Of a DNA stretch of 64,000 bases, positions 14,906 to 28,989 are shown piece after piece. The stretch's first letter is position 1, and each line of letters begins with the position of its first letter. This DNA comes from Paraspadella gotoi. Lineage: Eukaryota > Animalia > Chaetognatha. The position numbers and the translations under genes are program-made. The DNA lies in NCBI GenBank assembly GCA_051294375.1, contig CM119267.1:17526937-17590936 (forward strand), written 5' to 3'. The notes beneath the pieces were generated by a model. That model ran no database searches, had not been told where the DNA came from, and was given only the letters and a program-made list of their open reading frames with translations.

Positions 14906-17716
14906 TTTCCTCCGATGTCCCCCCTCGCACAGGTGGTGTCGTTTCTTCTTAAGGGAGATGACGGGGGTAGTATTTCCGATGTAAGCTCATTTTCGCGAAT
15001 CGTCTGCGTCTCCCCGCTAGGCGATCGGCCTTACGAAAGTTCGGTTGACCGGCGCCGCTACCGGCACGATCACAATAAGATCGAACCTCGAGATCGTCTC
15101 CTCCCCCCCGCCTCGATGGACCGATTTTTTTTCCCCGGGTGAAACTAAAGTCGGAAAAGTAAAAGATCGGGAGGTATATTTGCTGAAAAAAAAAAAAAAA
15201 AAAAAGATTATGAAATGAAGGCTGTGTTTTGTGCATCACACCTCACCCCCTTTTTTTTTCTTCAATTTATTTAAAGAAATAAAAGTGAAGACAAAAAATT
15301 CTGTTCATTGCGCGCTTCCTCTGACGGTCGATTTCTGTTCTTTCTTGGTTTGAAAAAAAAAAAAACTCAGAACCCTGAGGCTGCCAAAAAGTGAGCAAAA
15401 GATAGGCCATAGTACTGGAAAAATTGCGCAACTTCAAAAGAAATCAACCTGCGGACAGTTGCATCGGGGCCGCTCGTCTTGTAGTGCCCAGGAATCAGAC
15501 GTCGTGTCATTGCGCTCCCCGCCCGCGCCCCCTTGCGCTAATCGCAAAAAAAAAAAAAAAAAAAAAGACAAATCACCAACGTCAATCACCTCCTTTCTCC
15601 CCCTCACCTGCGTTAAGTCACCAACTCTCCGCGTGCCAAGGAAGACTGAAATAATTTTAGTTTTCGCTGTCGATCGGAAACTAAAAAAAAAATGCGTCGC
15701 GTCGCTGTTTTTCCAAAAAGAACGGAATCTCTCGCCGCTTCTCGCTACTGCCCCCGCCACTCGTCTCCCTCAAAGTCGAAGATGGCTCTCTCAGCGAGGT
15801 ACATCGAGTCACCTTCGGAGTTGCGCTCTCCCCTTGTTAATCGATCGGCGGCTGCGGTCAGGTCGAAAATATGCGAAAGTTTTGCCGACGAAGATTAAAA
15901 AGAAAGAAAATAATTTTTCCGACGAATTCGAGGCTCGAATCTCCGGTCGTCAAGCCGTTCTCCAATTCGGACGGATCGAAAACAAAAAGTTCGATTTGAA
16001 GGAAAGAGCGCGATCTTTTCGTGAAGTTGTGAAAATTCGCGATTCGTCTGTCATCGATCGGTGCCAATTATGCATCCCTCGTTTGTCAGGTCTTTCACGA
16101 AATCCTGTCAACTGTCATCAATTCAGACAAACCTTTCAGTGGTCATCGCTGCTAAAAGGCTGTCAGTCACACTTGACAAAGATTATGTAGAAATTATGTC
16201 AGAGATTTTTTCTGTCAACGAGATTTGCTGCTTTTGTCATTCAGCCTACTGTGTGAATCAAGAGGTCAGTCTTTAATGCTGAAAAGAAATTTGTCACAGT
16301 CTAGAGTCATCGATTGCCAAAAAAAATTGGAGAAAACTGAATCCATTTCCAGTTTCCAAAATTAATTGGAAAATGTCTCCAGCCCCCCTCCACCCCCGAA
16401 ACCTACGCGCCCAACCCCTTACCCCCCCAACAAATGCCAAGTCAAATTAGTGCGCACGCTTGGGTGTAATTAATAACAGACAAACTGTTGCGCGTGTAGT
16501 ATAGTGCAGTGTATCGTGTCAATGCTGCCAGAGTGAAGGCTGTGTATCAGAGAGAATGGAGGGTGTTAGTATTTTGAGTGCGACGTGGAGCGCGATGCAT
16601 GGGGGTAAAATAGAAAGTGTCTTTCCGACTGCGCGCCGCGGGAGAAGGCCCCTGCCCAAGGCCCAGTGCGCAAGGCCCGCAGAGAAGGGCGCCGGTTGCG
16701 AGACCCCTCAACGAGAGCCGTGTGAGTAAGAGAAGCTGCCGATGGTTACAGTCTCAGTTCTAAACTCACTTGGGGTTAAACTGGCGGGACTGTGATCAGT
16801 CTGGTATATGTCAAGATGAGAGCAGAGGTTTCTGCACCAAGTCACTCGCGTCCGGTCTTGTTTGCGGAAGGGCAGATGGAATGGTTAGCTTGTAGGTTCA
16901 GCAAGAATATTTCAGAATGTAGTGATGCTCTTAATTAAAGTAAAAAGAATGGCTAAGGTAATTTTAAGGTGCCCACTGGGACTGAGAGAAGAGGCAAAAG
17001 TGAATGGGAAGAATTGGGTAAAACAGTCACTATTTGATTTCGTTAGCTTGACCACAAGGTTTTAATCGCTCATAGATAATGCATTTGCCACCGCAGCGTG
17101 CGCTACAATCAATTCGAAATCAGTATCAAATTCAAATGGAAGCAAAATGAACGTGCATAATTCGCCCTCCCCCTTTGTGTATCCTCAACACTGCAGATGC
17201 TAAAAAGAATGGGGACTGAGAGTTTATCAGTCCTTATTTACTGTGATATAATCAGAGGATTTCTATGACATTTTGTCTTTGAGTCACAAAAAAATTAAGC
17301 CACCTTGACAAAATTGATTGCGCTTTGATCCTTCTATTCATCTGCTTCGATTATTTAGTTACCAAATCTCTCTCTTTNNNNNNNNNNNNNNNNNNNNNNN
17401 NNAATCAATCAAATCAATCTCTCGAATATTCAAGCAAACACTAATCAATCAATTAATATCAATCCTTTTATCGATCGATCAGTCGATCGATCAATCGTTT
17501 AATCTTACCGCAACTGTAGAAATCGTCATCGTATATCCAACAAAGTTCAATAATATTAGAAACTCGAACTTCATTTTCGGGTCATCGGATCCGAGAAAAT
17601 TGTAACGGTTTAAAGTAACGTTCGTTTTTACTTCGACACTGTCATTTCGATTACTAACGCTGTGGCGTAAGATTTTCTATTTTTAACTCTTATTTCTCTC
17701 TCTTCTCTCTCTCTCT

Positions 17717-17767
<51 letters not shown>

Positions 17768-17829
17768 GCTTCTCTTTCTTTTTTTTCCTCTTTTTTTTTT
17801 TTTTCCTTTTCTTCCTTCTTTTTTTCCCC

Positions 17830-17870
<41 letters not shown>

Positions 17871-18284
17871 CTCTCTCTCCTCTCACTCACTCATTCTGCG
17901 TTTTTTTTGATACCCGGAAAATGTTGACATCTTTCGGTTGGATGATAAATTGTTTCGCGTTCGAAAACTGCAGGAGAAAAAAAAACGCGAGAGAAACTTA
18001 TTTAGATCTCTATTTATAGCCTTGATATGTTTTAAACCAATAACGTTTTAATATAATCTTTATAATAAACCGGTCTCTTAAACATTTTCCACTTCCTTTT
18101 CCGCTTGTCCCCTCGGCCAAAGCGCTTTATGTTTAATCTCTCTTCTCAAGTTTTTTTTTTTTTGCAGGAAGAGAATGTTTAAAATTCGGTTCCCTTCCAA
18201 AGGAAAAAATAGGCCTGAAATAGACGTTTTTTGTCATTGATGTTGTTTCGCACCGATTCCCCCAACCAGGTAATACTTTACCTC

Positions 18285-18341
<57 letters not shown>

Positions 18342-20170
18342 CTCTCTCTCTTCCTTCTCTCTTCTCAATGGAACCCAACTACCTTCCTTAGTCTTTCCCT
18401 CCCTTCCCATTTTGTCAAACCGACTTTCCAATATAAAAATCTTTAGCATATATATTTAGTAGGGTGGAGTGATTAAAAGATAATAAAAAAATAACAGAAG
18501 CTACTGGTTAATTTCCAGCGATAGTAGAGAAAATTAGATTTCCTTTTAAATTTTTAAAATTGCAAATTGATTTTATAAAAGTTTTAATAACAGATTCGGA
18601 TTCGTCAGAACAAAATAAAAAACAGAGTTAAAAAGTTAAGAATTTCGAGCTTTTTTTTACAATTTTGTTTTATATTTTTGGTCGAACTTTTTATAAGAAA
18701 TCTGGAAATTTAATAAAAACTTTTTAAAAAAATTTTTGTAAAAATTTCCTATTTTATAAGTTTATAAGTTTATTTTATAAATATATTGTATTTTGCTTTT
18801 CTGTTCCTGACACAATATGAACAAAATACTTTTTGTACTTGATAATCATACTATCATCACAGATGAACGAAACTCGGAAACAGAGGAAAGGATTAAGGAA
18901 GAGGATTCCGGAAGAGGAAGAAGATTCTGGAATGATTTCAAACGGGATTTCGAACGGGATTTTCGCATAAAATTATTATTATAATTGACGCAAATCAAAT
19001 TTTTGTTCTCAAGAGCTCCACTCTAATATTTAGTTCTTTAATACAATTTTTTTTTATCTCGGGATATATATCCGTAGAGGTCGCGACGCTTTAGGCATCC
19101 TGATGACAAAATATCAGTTTCCGTTTTTTTTTTCCAATGGAACAATTTATCGGATTTTTTTATTCCTCTCCTCGTTTTGTAAATATTTCATGGAATTTTA
19201 GCTCGGGAGCGTCAAATCCGGGTGTTTATATGTCCCTTTATATGTTTGTAATTGATAAATCGGGTACAAACATTGAGCAATAAACAGTTAGTATTATCAT
19301 CGAAAATTGACCAATGAGCATTGAGCGTTTAGGATTTTCAAAAAAGCATGAAGCATCTAAATAAAGTTATAAAGAATAACATGACATATATTGCTCCTTC
19401 GTTACAAGCAAAGTAATTTGATTGGCAACCTCTACGAAAACCGATTAAAATGTCAAACAGGTTTTGTTTTTTTTAGAATTCGTTCAATGCTCCCGTTTTT
19501 TAAAAGAAAGTACGAATGGGAAATTTCCACAGACCAGGTACATCGTCTACCGTCCACCGGCGGTACGCGTAGTATATTATAAATTTTTGTCTTCTGCAAT
19601 TTGTTACCCGCGCTTTCTTTCTCTCTTTTTCATTTCATTTTTATGCAAAAAAAGTTGAAAAAAGCAGATGGAAGGGATTTATTTTCAACAATAATAACAA
19701 TAATAATANNNNNNNNNNTAATATTAATTTTAAGAAATGACTTTTTTTTCGCTTTATAAAACATTTTCTCGACGCAGTTTTCCAGTCATTTACGCCGCCA
19801 TTTTTTTTTTCCCCGCGCGACGAAATGACGGCCATTCCGAGAAAGAATTTTTAATATTTCATAAAAACATTAAATTATTTTTTAATCGGAGAATTCTTAA
19901 AAAGGATCCGAGAAAAGTCGTTTTTTGCAATCGTCGTCCCCGTCATCATCATCGCCATCAAACATCTTCTCTTTGACCCCTCTCGGCGTTTTCCTTTTTT
20001 TTTTTTTCCTTTTTTTTCCTTAAATATCTCCCTTCCATATTTTTTTCCTTCGTCCTTGTTCCGCCTTGATCCAATTTCACGGCGATTCTCTCCAACTCTC
20101 TCTTTCGCTTCCTCGTCTTTTCTATTTAACTCTTCGATCCTTTTCTCGTCATATATTCAGATCAATACCT

Positions 20171-20403
20171 TTTTAGTTGCGCCGCGAGTACTCGCTTAGC
20201 AACTCTATAAGTCTACTTTTCGGTCGGTCTGTCGGTCGGTATGTCTGTCCGTCGGTTCGTCCCATTTACGTTAAAAAGGCTTATAATTCGAATAAAGTTG
20301 GTCGCACATTTGTTAAGACAGGAAAAAAACCTCAAATCTAAGAGACTGCTAGCGCCGCCTTCAGGAAATCCTAAAACTGTAAGAAATAAAATACGAAATT
20401 TCG
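20171..20403 (+). mobile_element. Non-autonomous Helentron/HINE (DINE-1-like) element, copy 2
   Basis: TTTT-AGTTGC...GCAACT-CTATAAG, a GTCG/GTCT/GTCC array, then CTAAGAGAC..CTAGCGCCGCCTTC.GGAA.TCCTAAAACT, all shared in reverse complement with 8941-9170. Confidence 0.65.
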
Positions 20404-23400
20404 ATGCAGTGCATAGAATAAGAAAAGAAAGTTTTTAAGTGATGTCATGTCATTTGATATCAAGGGATCAATGTCAAATGAACGTGAAATAAAGTCACTG
20501 CGGCGCAACACATTGGATGAACCGATTTGTTTGTCCCCTTTTTTTCATTTCCCGTACCATTTTCCATTTTCCCACCTTTTCCCATTTTTCCCCCCATTTC
20601 TTCCGCGGTTCATTTTTTATGCGAGTGGTCGACATAGAAATGAATAATTTATGAATTCTCTTCAGAAATTCGACGGATCTGACCGAGCGAGACTCGACCA
20701 CCTTACCTTCCCTTACCTTTCTTTTTTTTTTAACCTAGACTCAACCGGTTCTTTTATTTTTATATTCGGTCGTTTTTAAATAATTTAATAGGAGATTACT
20801 GCGTGACCACGAGAAAGAATCCGATTTAGACTTACCATTAAATCTTTTTTGTTAAGACTTAATTTGATTGGCTTTCAAGCTTTTTTTTTTCTATTATGAA
20901 AATTGTCTGTGTTTCAGACTTTTCTTTTCGTTGCGTTAGCAAAATTTTTGCGCTGATATTTTCTTTTGAAAATAATTAAATTTAGTTCTCTGCAAAATAA
21001 ACACAAAATGTTTTCTTTAATTCTGAAAATTATCTTAGGTTATTTAGAAAATTGTCTTATGTTATTTATTGAGTATCCTTACTATATTTCGGGTTGATTA
21101 AATGTTTTGTTTGTCTTTCTGTCCTTCCGTCCAATAAAATACGTGTAATTGTTATGGAGCATTCAACTTTGTCCAGTGCACGCGCCCAAGGAAGAGAATA
21201 AAAAATTTAATACTCTAACTTCGTCAACTGAACTAAATTTTTCAAAAAATGTATGTATATAAACGAGTCTATCTTCTTTTTTTTTCTTGGTTGCAACGAT
21301 GCGAACCAAGCGCTTTCTTTCATAAAAAGAAGCGAGTCGGAAACCTTTTCAAGCTTTCCGCCGATTCGATAACAACAACAACAACAACAACAACAACAAG
21401 GAACGACGAAAACAGCCGTTTAAGACTCAAGCGAGATTTTTAATAAACATTCATTTTCAAGCAAAGTAGAGTTTACAAATGCCGGTCATGTTTGAGGCCG
21501 ACATTGCGGCCAACGCTTTTCCTCAATGGCCACTGATGCCAGAATGGAGAGGATGAAGAGAAGGGAGANNNNNNNNNNNNNNNNNNNNNNNNNNNNNNNN
21601 NNNNNNNNNNNNNNNNNNNNNNNNNNNNNNNNNNNNNNNNNNNNNNNNNNNNNNNNNNNNNNNNNNNNNNNNNNNNNNNNNNNNNNNNNNNNNNNNNNNN
21701 NNNNNNNNNNNNNNNNNNNNNNNNNNNNNNNNNNNNNNNNNNNNNNNNNNNNNNNNNNNNNNNNNNNNNNNNNNNNNNNNNNNAAAAGTAGTTGACGTTT
21801 AACGTCAAGGGATTGAGTTTAATTTAAGCTTCTGTGTCGTTCGCGTCTTTATTTATTAGTTGCTGGTTTGTCCCTCTCAAAGTGTTTATTATCCCTTGTC
21901 CCTGAAGTAAGAGCTTTTTTTCTTCTCTCTCTCTCTTCTCTCTCTCTGCTCTTCTCTCTCTGCTCTCTCTCTCTCTGCTCTCTCATCTCTCTCTCGTCCT
22001 CTCTCTCTCTCTTGTCTCATTCCCCTGAATTAACTGTCAACTAGAGAAATATCACGAGGAATCCTCATTTGCTTTTATGCTGATCTTTAGTGCAATATAG
22101 GATAATTGAGATAATTAGATTTTGTTTCTCAGTTTAAACTGGTCCTTTCAAATACAAGTAATATTACTTAAGACTGCCGCCACACTGCCCAAGTGCCCAT
22201 TGCCCACTGCCCAATGCCCATGCCACTCTGATAGCACCATGGTACTTTTTCCAGCCATGGGGCGCCAAATGGTCTCGTTAAATTTAACAACATGGATCAA
22301 GAAAATATCCTTAAATTTTTTATCCTGTTTTCTTTTTTTACATCGCTTTCTTGTCCATCTCATTTTCGTTAAAATCCTTTTCTCAATTTTTCATTGTCTT
22401 TCTCATGAAAGTTTTTTTCCATTTTTTTCCTCTATTTACTTTTTGCTTTTTCTCTCCGTACGTCTCGTTNNNNNNNNNNNNNNNNNNNNNNNNNNNNNNN
22501 NNNNNNNNNNNNNNNNNNNNNNNNNNNNNNNNNNNNNNNNNNNNNNNNNNNNNNNNNNNNNNNNNNNNNNNNNNNNNNNNNNNNNNNNNNNNNNNNNNNN
22601 NNNNNNNNNNNNNNNNNNNNNNNNNNNNNNNNNNNNNNTTTCCTTCATGTTTTTGTTGTTTCTTTTTCTTTTTTTTTTAAAACTTACGTTTTTCTTTTAA
22701 CCTTTTACGTATTTTCAATCTTTGACGATTTTCTGAGCTTTTTCTATTTTATTTTTCTATTATATTTCTCTTAGGTTTTTGTTATATGCATACTTTCCGA
22801 TTTCATAACGTCTACAAACGATAGTAATAGTGAAAGTAATACTCTGGAGATGGTGATGATGATACACTAGAGATACTCTAGTAATAGGTTGAAAGATATG
22901 GTGATTGGATGATACACTAGAGATACTCCTACATTACAATTGTCCTTTCTTTTATTGGGAATTGATCGCTCCTGAGGCCTACCCTTCAGGATAACTCCCG
23001 GCTTGTCTGGCCGTGCCTCATACAATAGAAGCGGATCAGAGCGGCCAATAGACCGTTCTCCGCTATTGTATGGCTCTTTTCAATCCCTGCGACGATCTTC
23101 ATTCGTTACGTCGAGATATTTTCCTCTCGAAAAACGTACGCGCATATAACAAGCAGCGCAGACGAAAACGTGGCTCAGACAATCGTCACCTATTAGTTAT
23201 TTCAATCTTATTAACAATCATGTTTTCTCTCCTTCACCTTTTCTCCTTAGCGTCTCCGTGTTAATTGACAACTAATCAATACATCTTTCAGATCGTTCTG
23301 AGAGGGAGTTGGAAGTGATGGTGCGGTGATGGCTCACATATTCCCAACACTATGACATAAAGTAGATTTAAAAAAAAATCTTAAAAGCAAATAGGCGATC

Positions 23401-23422
23401 GAGAGCCACTTTTCGATGGTTA

Positions 23423-23570
23423 ACCAATATTGATGCGATGATAACTAAAAATATTGATGGCGAATGATAACCAATAATTGATGCGATGATTAATAAATAA
23501 CTGATGTGATGATAATCCAAAGGATTGATGGCGATTGAATAGTTCCACCTCTTTTTATTGATGTGATGAT
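23423..23570. repeat. Degenerate minisatellite of about 22 bp (ccaatattgatgcgatgataa-like)
   Basis: About six successive ATTGATG(C/T)GATGAT(A/T)A-like units with indels. Confidence 0.75.
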
Positions 23571-26500
23571 TGAATGCAGTGTATCAGTGATAATTCAGGG
23601 ATAATGCCATTTTCATCTGATGGCGGCGATGATATAGTCATATGATTGAACGGCGATGAAATAGCAATTCCAATCCGTCATAATAAACACAACAATTGCA
23701 TGTAAATGAAGGTAAAGAGAAGAGAAGTAGAGAGAGAGAAGAAAGAGAGAGAGAGAGAGAGAGAGAAGAGAGAAGAAAAGAGAGAGAGAGAAGGACTCGG
23801 TACGACGTTTTCAAGCATCTCCGTTATATGATAAAGAATATCCTGAGAAATTTTTTAGAAAAATAAAATTCCATTGAAAAATCATCCGATAAGTAAATTG
23901 GTGACCGTTGGGGTTTGTATTGAGAAATAAAGCGCTCTGGGCCAGAGTAAATGGCGGTGAATGAGGGAATAGAAAGTAAAAAATAGAGAGAGAGAGAGAA
24001 GAGAGAGTACGACCCGAGAGAAATGAGGAGTAGTAAGGAGAAAGCTGGACCGCCCTGCATGAGCTGAACTCGTTTTTCGACGTAATCCTTTCTAAATTAT
24101 TATTTTTTTACAATATATCAATAACAAACATATTTATGTCCTCTTCATCGTTAAAAAAGTTTTAATCTTGAAATGAAATTTTAGATTGTTTCCTTTTTTT
24201 TTTAAGAAGAAACAAGACGAGAGGTCAAATTTAATATTTGCATATTCTAACTAATTTATAAATATTTATCCCAACCTCAAATATATTATTATTTTTAAAA
24301 AGGATAAAAATGATTAAATATATACACTAAAAAAAATTTACGAAATTTTAAAATTGTGATAAAATTTTTAAGAATAACAAAAAAAGTAATGTTTATATTT
24401 GACTAATAATCTCTCTTTCTGCTAACTCCTATTTTAGATAGGTAGGATTTGCCAATGAGTTGTGGGGGGCGGCGACAGGTCCCAAATAGTTACAGTAATA
24501 AACAAAACAAAAAAAAAATAAATTTTGTTAGATGAAATTAGTATATGGGCAATTAAAGGTAATCCGCGCAATTTGCTGGCATATAGCAGTGTAATACTAG
24601 TATATGACATTGGCTGCATATATACATGTTATTTTTCCACGTATATGTGTTTCGTTAAATGAATCCAATAGGAGAAATCTGATCGGGATGTAAAATGTGG
24701 GGATTAGTTGAGTATAGAGCAAAAAAGAAGGATAAATGGCGATAGATAGAGAAGTTTGTATAGAAGGAAAAGAATAATAAGGAAATTTTAATGCAGAAAA
24801 CGGAACGATCGGTACATGAGAGAGGAGGAGAGCGCGCAGAAGAGAGAGAGAGAGAGAGGAGAGAGAGAAGAGCGGAGGAGGGAGACGAGGAGGAGATGAG
24901 AGGAGAGGAGGGAGAAGAGAAGAAGGCTAGGAGACAGAGGAGCCCGGAACGTCGTTGACGGTCGCGGAGATGATAGCGTGTCTCGTCTGCCTGGTGAAAA
25001 AAAAAGTGACTAAATTGGGTCTACATTTTTTGTTGTGGTACAAAAGAGATGATGAGAGTGGAGAGCGGGACGGACAGATGGAGAGGAAGAGGAAGACCGG
25101 AACGTCGTTGTAACTGCGTTTCGTGCGTTCGCCGCAGTGACAAAAAAAAGAAGATCAGAAAGTAGTAGATATGAGATGAGAGATGACAGATTATTGAGAG
25201 AAAGATATGAGAGAGATATATGACTGAGTAAGTTAAGTAGGGGAGAGCAAGGGAGAGAGAGAGAGAGAGAGAGAGCGACGGAACTCAGTAGGATTTGTTT
25301 TATACTTACGTGGGGAGGCGTTACTATAGCTGAAGAGGGAGTAAAATATTTTGTTTTGTTCGGTGTAAGACCATAAAAAGAAAGAGAAGAGTAGAGTGAG
25401 AGTGAGAGAGCAGAGATGATTGGAGAGGGCAGGGAGGGGGGGAGAGCGGGTGAGAGGGGAGAGAGAGAGAGCAGACGTAGTGAGGGGAAGAGAGTTGAGG
25501 GGTTAGTGGAGAGAGAGAGAGGGCAGGGAGAGAGATAATATGAGGCGGAAGAGAGAGAGAGAGGAGGGAAAGTTTTGCCGCGCCGAGACGAGACGCGCTA
25601 TAGTATGTGGAGGGGTTGTGCGAGCTCTGTGGGTTTTGTTATAGGTCGGGGGCGTGATCCGTCGGTCAAGGGTTGTGATTTGTCGTTTGAATACATCGTA
25701 GGACGTTGTCGGCGGGTTGCCGCAATGCGGTAAGGTGCTCCTGCGGAAGGCATTGTTACTTCGTGTGTGTGGCCCGGTCTGGGGGGGTGGGCCGAGGGGC
25801 TGGGAGGGCGGGGGGGTCGGGCAGAATATTGAAAGGCGCGCTCGCACCGGGCTACAAAATCTTCAGGTCAAGTAAGTTTAATTCCATTCAATTTTCTCAA
25901 AAAATACCACTTAGATAAATCCTCGAGAGGTGTAAATTTTGTAGATTTTGTATTGAGAAAAGAAGATCGCGAATAATATTGGTGATATAAAAGTTTTAGA
26001 CCCAGGAAGAAATAATTACGAATTTTTTCAAAAAACCGTGGCCTAAAGAGCAAAGAAGTGAATAAACTTTGTTTTTTTGTAAAACAAATAAAAAAGACCG
26101 AGTAAGATGGAGAGAGAGAATGGAGGGGAAAAACGTAGGTGAGATGAGGAGAAAGAGAAGCCTGAACTCGATGTTTTGTGTTAAAAAACTGATTCAGAAA
26201 AAGCAGTAGCCTGATTTCAAATATATAATGTTTTTTTTAGAAAAGAAAAAATATAGTGCGTAGAATTTATTTCCAAATGAAACCGAACCGATCACGCAAG
26301 AGATCGCTCACCATAGAGAGACAGAGAGAACTTTTGACTCGTCTCTTTTAACGCATTCAGAAAAGGCAGCGCCTGAAAAATAATATTTAATTAAAAAATA
26401 CAAATAAAAGTAAAAGGCAAAAAATGTTAACAATGGGTTTTAGGCAAGTTGGGAAGATTTTGCGCAAGTTTTTTTCAATCGTAAGCATTGTAATAAGAAT

Positions 26501-27595
26501 TATTTTTGATTCTATTTTCATTTGTATTTAAAATTAAGATATAGCTTCTCAATTTATAAAAAATCCTTTGAGTTCCATTTTTATGTAGAAAATTTAAAAA
26601 TATTTTTTTTTGAATTTCATCTTCAATATATATATAATAGCATATATGTAAAATTAGATTAAAGCATATCTTATATTACTAAATATTGGAATATTATAAT
26701 TGTATGTACTAGTAGAGTAACTCATTTGCTAATTATTTGCATGAAATCTAATAAATGAAAAGTGGAAATTTCAAAACAAAAAAGTACTTAAATCCAAATG
26801 TAATAAGAAAAAATATCAAATGCTTGTTCAAGATGTAAAGCAATATCTAAAATTTTTAACATTACTATGATATCGCACGAGAACTTTGTGATAAAAACCT
26901 TATTATATAATGTCATAATAATTTTTTTATTTAAAAAAAAAAAACGGTAGTTCACAGACCAAACCTATAAAAAGCGTTTAGGTAGATTCTCTTATATAAA
27001 GGAAAAACAGCGTGACGGCGACGACGACGCCGACGACACGACGACGACGACCCGCCACTATCACGACTCGACAAAGAAAGCCAAACCCTTAATCATATAG
27101 AGGCCTGAACTCGCGCTTGTCGCCGGTCTCTCTATCGCTTCGATAAATAAATCACGGGGAATACTGTACTATCAGCGTGAAAAAAAAAAGCGAAAGTTTA
27201 AAAAACGAGGGGGGAAGAGAACTATCTATCTTCTGCAATTCGTTTTAAAACAGCGAATCTTCTTAGCGGGTAAATTCGCGCTTCGTTTTTTTTTTGATGT
27301 GAGAAGCGTGTGTTCACGAGAGAGGGATTTTATTGAATAAGATATAATTATCGTAAATGTTAATGAGAATTGTCGCTAAAATTGTCGTAATTACTATAGT
27401 ATTTCTGTCCTGCACAGCTAAATGTTTACTTCGAGATCCTGTCTTACCAGCAGTTAGCAAATTAANNNNNNNNNNNNNNNNNNNNNNNNNAAAAACATAA
27501 GTCCAGTTTTAAAAGCCGTTTGAATCCTTTTACAAGGATATTTTAACCTTTTATAGGTTTTTATTTTTTCTTAGTAAATTTTAAAAACATACATT

Positions 27596-27898
27596 TCAAA
27601 AAGAATTAAGTAAACGAGGACGGGATCCCCAGTTCCCCACATTAGGGTAATTCCAAATGTGCTCTTGCTCCGCCGGTACGCTGCATGCGTAGAGCAACAT
27701 CCTATCGGCCGAGTGCATTTTCGCGACGGGGTGGATCTGGGTCACCCAAAGTGGACCCTTGGCAACCTTCATAGCGGAGCAATAGAAAGTGTCGGGCGCA
27801 GAAGGTTGGACGCCGGGCATGAGAACTTGGAGGGCGGAGCTGAAGCCCAGTAGTGAGAAGAACACAGTTGCGGCTTCCGCTGCACCCGCCGTAATCAT
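27596..27898 (-). pseudogene. Truncated, intronless PHM-like ORF (100 aa) lacking copper ligands: pseudogene fragment or catalytically dead secreted derivative
   Basis: A signal-peptide-like N-terminus is followed by LMPGVQPSAPDTFYCSAMKV...VTQIHPVAKMHSADRMLLYACSVP...IWN. This aligns with PHM RMPGVTPKQSDTYFCMSMR...VIDFKPRASMDTVHHMLLFGCNMP...YWFC. HH is replaced by DR and the frame stops before the AWA motif. Confidence 0.8.
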
Positions 27899-28124
27899 TG
27901 TGGTTGATTTAGCTGTCGGTATCTTGTGATTTATTTGAAAATCTAACCACTAACCAGTTTGAATAATTTGTATCTCCATTTTGTTTTCTTTAAATTCTTT
28001 ACCACTTTCTCTGTTTTACTATGTACGTGTTTCTCTGTCTCTGTCTCTCTCTTTCTCTCTCTTTCTTTCTCTTTCTCTCTCTCCCCCTCTCCTTTTCTCT
28101 CTCTTTTTCTATCTCTCTCTTTCA

Positions 28125-28171
<47 letters not shown>

Positions 28172-28989
28172 CAAGCAATGGGGCTTTAATGATGAATCAT
28201 GTAGAATCCTGAAAGCAGACAATAAAGGGTTCCTTCGTGTTTTGCACTCCAAAGTCCTGACGCATAACAACAAAAAAATAAAGAAGTCGTAAATGGGGCT
28301 TGTAAAATTTTGACGACGGACTGAAATATGAAGCGATGTCAGCGATGTCAGAAACGACATTGTCAATAAGGATGTCATCGAAGTAAAATGCTTCAAAATA
28401 AACGATGATGTCAACAACGATTATGTTAAATACGAAGACCTGAAGAGCGATCTTTTACTGGCGATTGGAGGTTAATGTCTTTTCTTTATGGACTTTTCTC
28501 TCTCTCTCTCTCTCTCCCTCTCTCTCTTGGTCTTCATGTCAGTTCTAATCCACTTNNNNNNNNNNNNNNNNNNNNNNNNNNNNNNNNNNNNNNNNNNNNN
28601 NNNNNNNNNNNNNNNNNNNNNNNNNNNNNNNNNNNNNNNNNNNNNNNNNNNNNNNNNNNNNNNNNNNNNNNNNNNNNNNNNNNNNNNNNNNNNNNNNNNN
28701 NNNNNNNNNNNNNNNNNNNNNNNNNNNNNNNNNNNNNNNNNNNNNNNNNNNNNNNNNNNNNNNNNNNNNNCGTGACCGGAAATCACTGATGCGCTGGGCG
28801 TTACTCGATCATGACCAACCTAACCACGACGACAACGACGACGACAAAAATTTAAAAAAAAAAACTAGAAAATATCGTATTAATAAATAAAAGTCAAGAC
28901 TTAGATAAATGTCCGTATGAATTTTTCCACAAATTTTGCTCCTTCAAGAACATTCGGTCCTCAATTCAAAATTTAGCGAAAACAAATTG

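Noticed and set aside
14933-15173. Plus-strand exon pair (14933-14980, 15021-15173) with a 40-nt intron, head-to-head with the unknown gene
   Set aside because: No recognisable product or continuation, and an equally good minus-strand intron (about 15034-14949) overlaps the same bases.
16340-17377. GC-richer stretch that might be coding (likewise 24780-25860)
   Set aside because: No coherent ORF, splice pattern or motif. It looks like low-quality read sequence near a gap.
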